From an uncultured delta proteobacterium (lineage in GTDB: Bacteria > Desulfobacterota > Syntrophia > Syntrophales > Smithellaceae): 64,000 bases of DNA. The notes beneath the pieces are model-generated. The model was not told where the DNA came from and ran no database searches. It saw only the letters and a list, made by a program, of their open reading frames with translations. Made by a program: the position numbers and the translations under genes. The DNA is taken from assembly GCA_963753975.1 (NCBI GenBank), contig CAVWEH010000005.1, positions 576,001 to 640,000 of the forward strand, read 5' to 3'. Positions 61,106-64,000 of this stretch are shown piece by piece. How positions within the stretch are numbered: position 1 is the stretch's first letter; every line of letters begins with the position of its first letter.

Positions 61106-61947
61106 AAATTTCCATTGCTTCGGGAAAAGGCGGCACAGGTAAAACCACCGTCAGCGTCAATCTGGCGCGCGTGTTTAATACCGATATCCTGCTTGCAGAT
61201 TGTGATGTGGAAGAACCCAACGCGCATTTGTTTTTGAAAACAACTGGTCTTAGCGAAGAAGTCGCCTCTATTTTGGTTCCGAGCGTGGACGAAACATCAT
61301 GCAATGCATGTGGTGAATGCGCGAAAATCTGTGAATTTTCTGCAATCGTCAGTTTTGGAACGCTGCCGCTTGTTTTTCCGGAGATGTGTCACGCTTGTGG
61401 CGGGTGTGCCAAGGTGTGTCCGACTGGTGCGATCATAGAACAGAAACGGCGCATTGGCGTTGTTGAAACATCGCGAGTGGGCAACATCACCCTGATTACG
61501 GGAAGGCTGGATGTTGGTGTGGCTATGTCTCCGCCGTTGATCCGGGCAGTTAAAGAACGTTTGCAAAATAATATACCGGTAATTCTGGATGCGCCTCCGG
61601 GAACTTCGTGTCAGGTAATTGCTTCCATTCGCGATACCGATATGGTTTTACTGGTTACGGAACCCACACCGTTTGGCTTGCACGATCTTAAGCTTGCCGT
61701 GGATATGGTGCGCGAGCTTAAAATTCCTTTCGGTGTCATCGTCAACCGTATGGGTAGCGGGGATAACCGTGTGCACGATTATTGCCAAAAAGAAAAAATA
61801 CCAATCTTACTGGAAATACCGGATGACCGGCGAATAGCCGAGGCTTATTCTAGGGGAATCCTTATGGTGGATGCTTTGCCGGGATACGGGAAGCTTTTTA
61901 ATAAACTGCTTGAAAAAATTAACAGAGAAAAAGTGAGGAAGAATTAG
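61102..61947 (+). CDS. MinD-superfamily ATPase with inserted 2x[4Fe-4S] domain
   Basis: SGKGGTGKT, DCDVEEPN, two CxxCxxCxxxC, DAPPG, EPTPFGLHD. Confidence 0.9.
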   Translation: MKISIASGKGGTGKTTVSVNLARVFNTDILLADCDVEEPNAHLFLKTTGLSEEVASILVPSVDETSCNACGECAKICEFSAIVSFGTLPLVFPEMCHACGGCAKVCPTGAIIEQKRRIGVVETSRVGNITLITGRLDVGVAMSPPLIRAVKERLQNNIPVILDAPPGTSCQVIASIRDTDMVLLVTEPTPFGLHDLKLAVDMVRELKIPFGVIVNRMGSGDNRVHDYCQKEKIPILLEIPDDRRIAEAYSRGILMVDALPGYGKLFNKLLEKINREKVRKN

Positions 61948-61950
61948 ATT

Positions 61951-62208
61951 ATGCCAACTTATGAATATGAATGTACCAGCTGTAGTCTGCGCTTCGAGGA
62001 ACAGCAAAGCATCAAGGACGCTCCGCTTGAACAATGTCCCGAATGCGGGGGAAACGTCCGGAGGCTCGTGAGCGGCGGCAGCGGTTTTGTGATGAAAGGC
62101 CAGCATTCCAGTCGCCGCGATTCAGCAAAGAGCTGTTCGCTCGAAGAAACGGGCAGAACCTGCTGCGGCGCAACAAGTCGTTGCGGACAGTCGCATTGCG
62201 GAGATTAG
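61951..62208 (+). CDS. FmdB-family zinc-ribbon protein with Cys-rich tail
   Basis: MPTYEYEC..C...CPECG; C...TCC...C...C. Confidence 0.85.
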   Translation: MPTYEYECTSCSLRFEEQQSIKDAPLEQCPECGGNVRRLVSGGSGFVMKGQHSSRRDSAKSCSLEETGRTCCGATSRCGQSHCGD

Positions 62209-62212
62209 AAAA

Positions 62213-63163
62213 ATGAGTTCAAGCGATTTTAAATATCTTTATGGTCCCGTTCCGTCTCGAAGGCTGCGACGTTCACTGGGGCTTGACCTCGTACCGTTCA
62301 AAACCTGCACGTATGATTGCATCTACTGTCAGCTGGGACGGACAACGAATAAAACGATCGAGCGGCAGGATTTCTTTCCCGTCGTTGATATTTTGGCTGA
62401 GTTGAAAAATAAACTGGCGACGGGCGACAATCCCGACTACATCAGCGTCGCCGGTTCCGGAGAACCGACACTGCATTCAGGAATCGGCGAGCTCATTGGG
62501 AAAATCAAGGAACTCACAAAAATCCCCGTGGCTGTTCTGACCAACGGCTCCTTGCTTTATCTGCCCGATGTCCGAACAGCGCTGGCTAAGGCCGATTTGG
62601 TCATTCCATCGCTTGATGCCGGAGATGAAACTCTGTTTCGTTACGTTAACCGACCGCATCCAGACATTGTGTTCGAAGACATGGTCAACGGCATGATTGA
62701 ATTCACCCGGCATTTTCCCGGCAAGGTCTGGCTGGAAGTCTTTTTGCTTTCCGGTATCACCGGCATGATTGCTGAAGCGCGAAAAATCGCCGCATATGCC
62801 AAGCAAATCGGCGCGCAGAGAGTTCAGCTCAACACGGTAAGCCGGCCATCGGCGGAAGACTTTGCCTGCGCGGTGGAGGCCGGGCAGCTGAAAAAATTTG
62901 CCAAACTTTTTTCACCTCCGGCAGATATTATTGCGGATAACGAAACTGTGTATGCTTCCATATCAATTGCTAAAGATATTGCAGGCGACGACATTGTCAA
63001 CTTGTTGGCTAGACGTCCCTGCGCGCTAACAGGTGTTTGCTCGGGACTGGGCCTGCACCCGCACGACGCGGTTAAAAAGCTCAAGAAGCTCATTGATGAA
63101 AAACGGATCACAACGCTGCGTACCAGCCATGACGTATTCTACACGATAGCGGAGAAATTTTGA
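62213..63163 (+). CDS. Radical SAM protein with C-terminal HTH-like region
   Basis: YGPVPSRRL, CTYDCIYC, GSGEPTL, PSLDA. Confidence 0.85.
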   Translation: MSSSDFKYLYGPVPSRRLRRSLGLDLVPFKTCTYDCIYCQLGRTTNKTIERQDFFPVVDILAELKNKLATGDNPDYISVAGSGEPTLHSGIGELIGKIKELTKIPVAVLTNGSLLYLPDVRTALAKADLVIPSLDAGDETLFRYVNRPHPDIVFEDMVNGMIEFTRHFPGKVWLEVFLLSGITGMIAEARKIAAYAKQIGAQRVQLNTVSRPSAEDFACAVEAGQLKKFAKLFSPPADIIADNETVYASISIAKDIAGDDIVNLLARRPCALTGVCSGLGLHPHDAVKKLKKLIDEKRITTLRTSHDVFYTIAEKF

Positions 63164-64000
63164 TGAAGGAACTAGTGATTATCAGCGGCAAGGGCGGGAC
63201 AGGCAAAACCAGCGTCACAGCTTCATTTGCCGCGCTGGCCAAGCGTCCGGTAATCTGCGATTGCGATGTGGACGCGGCCGATTTGCATCTAGTACTGGTA
63301 CCGCAAATTATCGAAGAACATGAATTCATGAGTGGTCATGAAGCAGTCATTCGTCAGGCTGACTGCATTGCTTGCGAAATTTGCCGGGATATCTGCCGCT
63401 TTGACGCGGTTAAGACACAGCAATCCTGCGAAGGCGATCTTTTGTTTTCCATTGATTCCGTGTCCTGCGAGGGATGCGGAGTGTGTGTGCACTTCTGCCC
63501 GGAAAAAGCGATTGATTTTCCAGAACGTATGTGCGGCAAGTGGTTTGTTTCTGAGACGCGTTGTGGCCCGATGGTGCACGCGCGTTTGGGTGTGGCCGCC
63601 GAAAATTCCGGCAAGCTCGTTTCCACGGTACGCCGGGAAGCCCGCCATTTGGCCGAAGAAGAAAATTATAAAATGGTGATTGTGGACGGCCCGCCGGGCA
63701 TCGGTTGTCCGGTAATTGCTTCCGTCACCGGTGCAACGCAGGTTCTGGTGGTCACGGAGCCGACAGTTTCCGGCGAGCATGATCTGGAAAGAGTGTTGGC
63801 TCTGACGCGCCATTTTCAAATCCCCGCAGCCATTTGCGTCAACAAGTGGGATATTAATCCCGATATGACTCAGCGCATTGAAGAAAAAGCGCAAAAGACC
63901 GGTGCGCTCATTGCGGGGCGCATCCGTTATGACAGCGCTGTCACCCAGGCTCAGATTCAGCAAAAAGCGGTAGTGGAAATTGAGGCGGCCTGCGCGCAAG
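63163..64000 (+). CDS. Second MinD/ferredoxin ATPase, truncated by the window end (not in ORF track)
   Basis: MKELVIISGKGGTGKT, DCDVDAADL, CIACEICRDIC, CEGCGVCVHFC, NSGKLV, DGPPGIGCP. Confidence 0.9.
   Translation, partial: MKELVIISGKGGTGKTSVTASFAALAKRPVICDCDVDAADLHLVLVPQIIEEHEFMSGHEAVIRQADCIACEICRDICRFDAVKTQQSCEGDLLFSIDSVSCEGCGVCVHFCPEKAIDFPERMCGKWFVSETRCGPMVHARLGVAAENSGKLVSTVRREARHLAEEENYKMVIVDGPPGIGCPVIASVTGATQVLVVTEPTVSGEHDLERVLALTRHFQIPAAICVNKWDINPDMTQRIEEKAQKTGALIAGRIRYDSAVTQAQIQQKAVVEIEAACAQ

Noticed and set aside
63289..63999. 236-aa minus-strand ORF and other long antisense ORFs (e.g. 41670-42347, 44562-45218)
   Set aside because: Shadows of well-supported genes on the opposite strand.

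Overview
A 64 kb chromosomal segment of an anaerobic Gram-negative bacterium; gene content suggests Syntrophales (Smithella/Syntrophus-like), which is inference. It is mostly housekeeping: glycine cleavage operon (gcvT-H-PA-PB-lipA-lpdA), split ADP-forming acyl-CoA ligase, def, a MenK-like radical SAM enzyme, selA, rluD-pgeF, rfaD, kdsB, ilvBNCD with a leader-peptide attenuator, PBP1A, tatBC, gatCAB, mtnA, ftcD, ftsY, smc, resBC, and an Orange-protein (orp)-like sigma54 cluster running off the right edge. Many single-base frameshifts, including in gatC and ilvD, look like assembly errors. The most interesting items are absent from the ORF track. (1) A modular, structure-conserving intergenic repeat family in four places, with compensatory stem changes. 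(2) A degenerate attC site among three orphan membrane ORFs, next to a MITE. (3) A sigma54 promoter and enhancer driving an exported beta protein plus an unannotated Lys/Met-rich exported peptide, beside a two-component system. Also seen: tandem NrdR-like boxes before smc, a DUF134 operator, a synonymously diverged duplicate of the gatC 3' end, two internally deleted gene remnants, and a Firmicutes-type YtpB terpene synthase. All family calls come from motif recognition; no searches were run.
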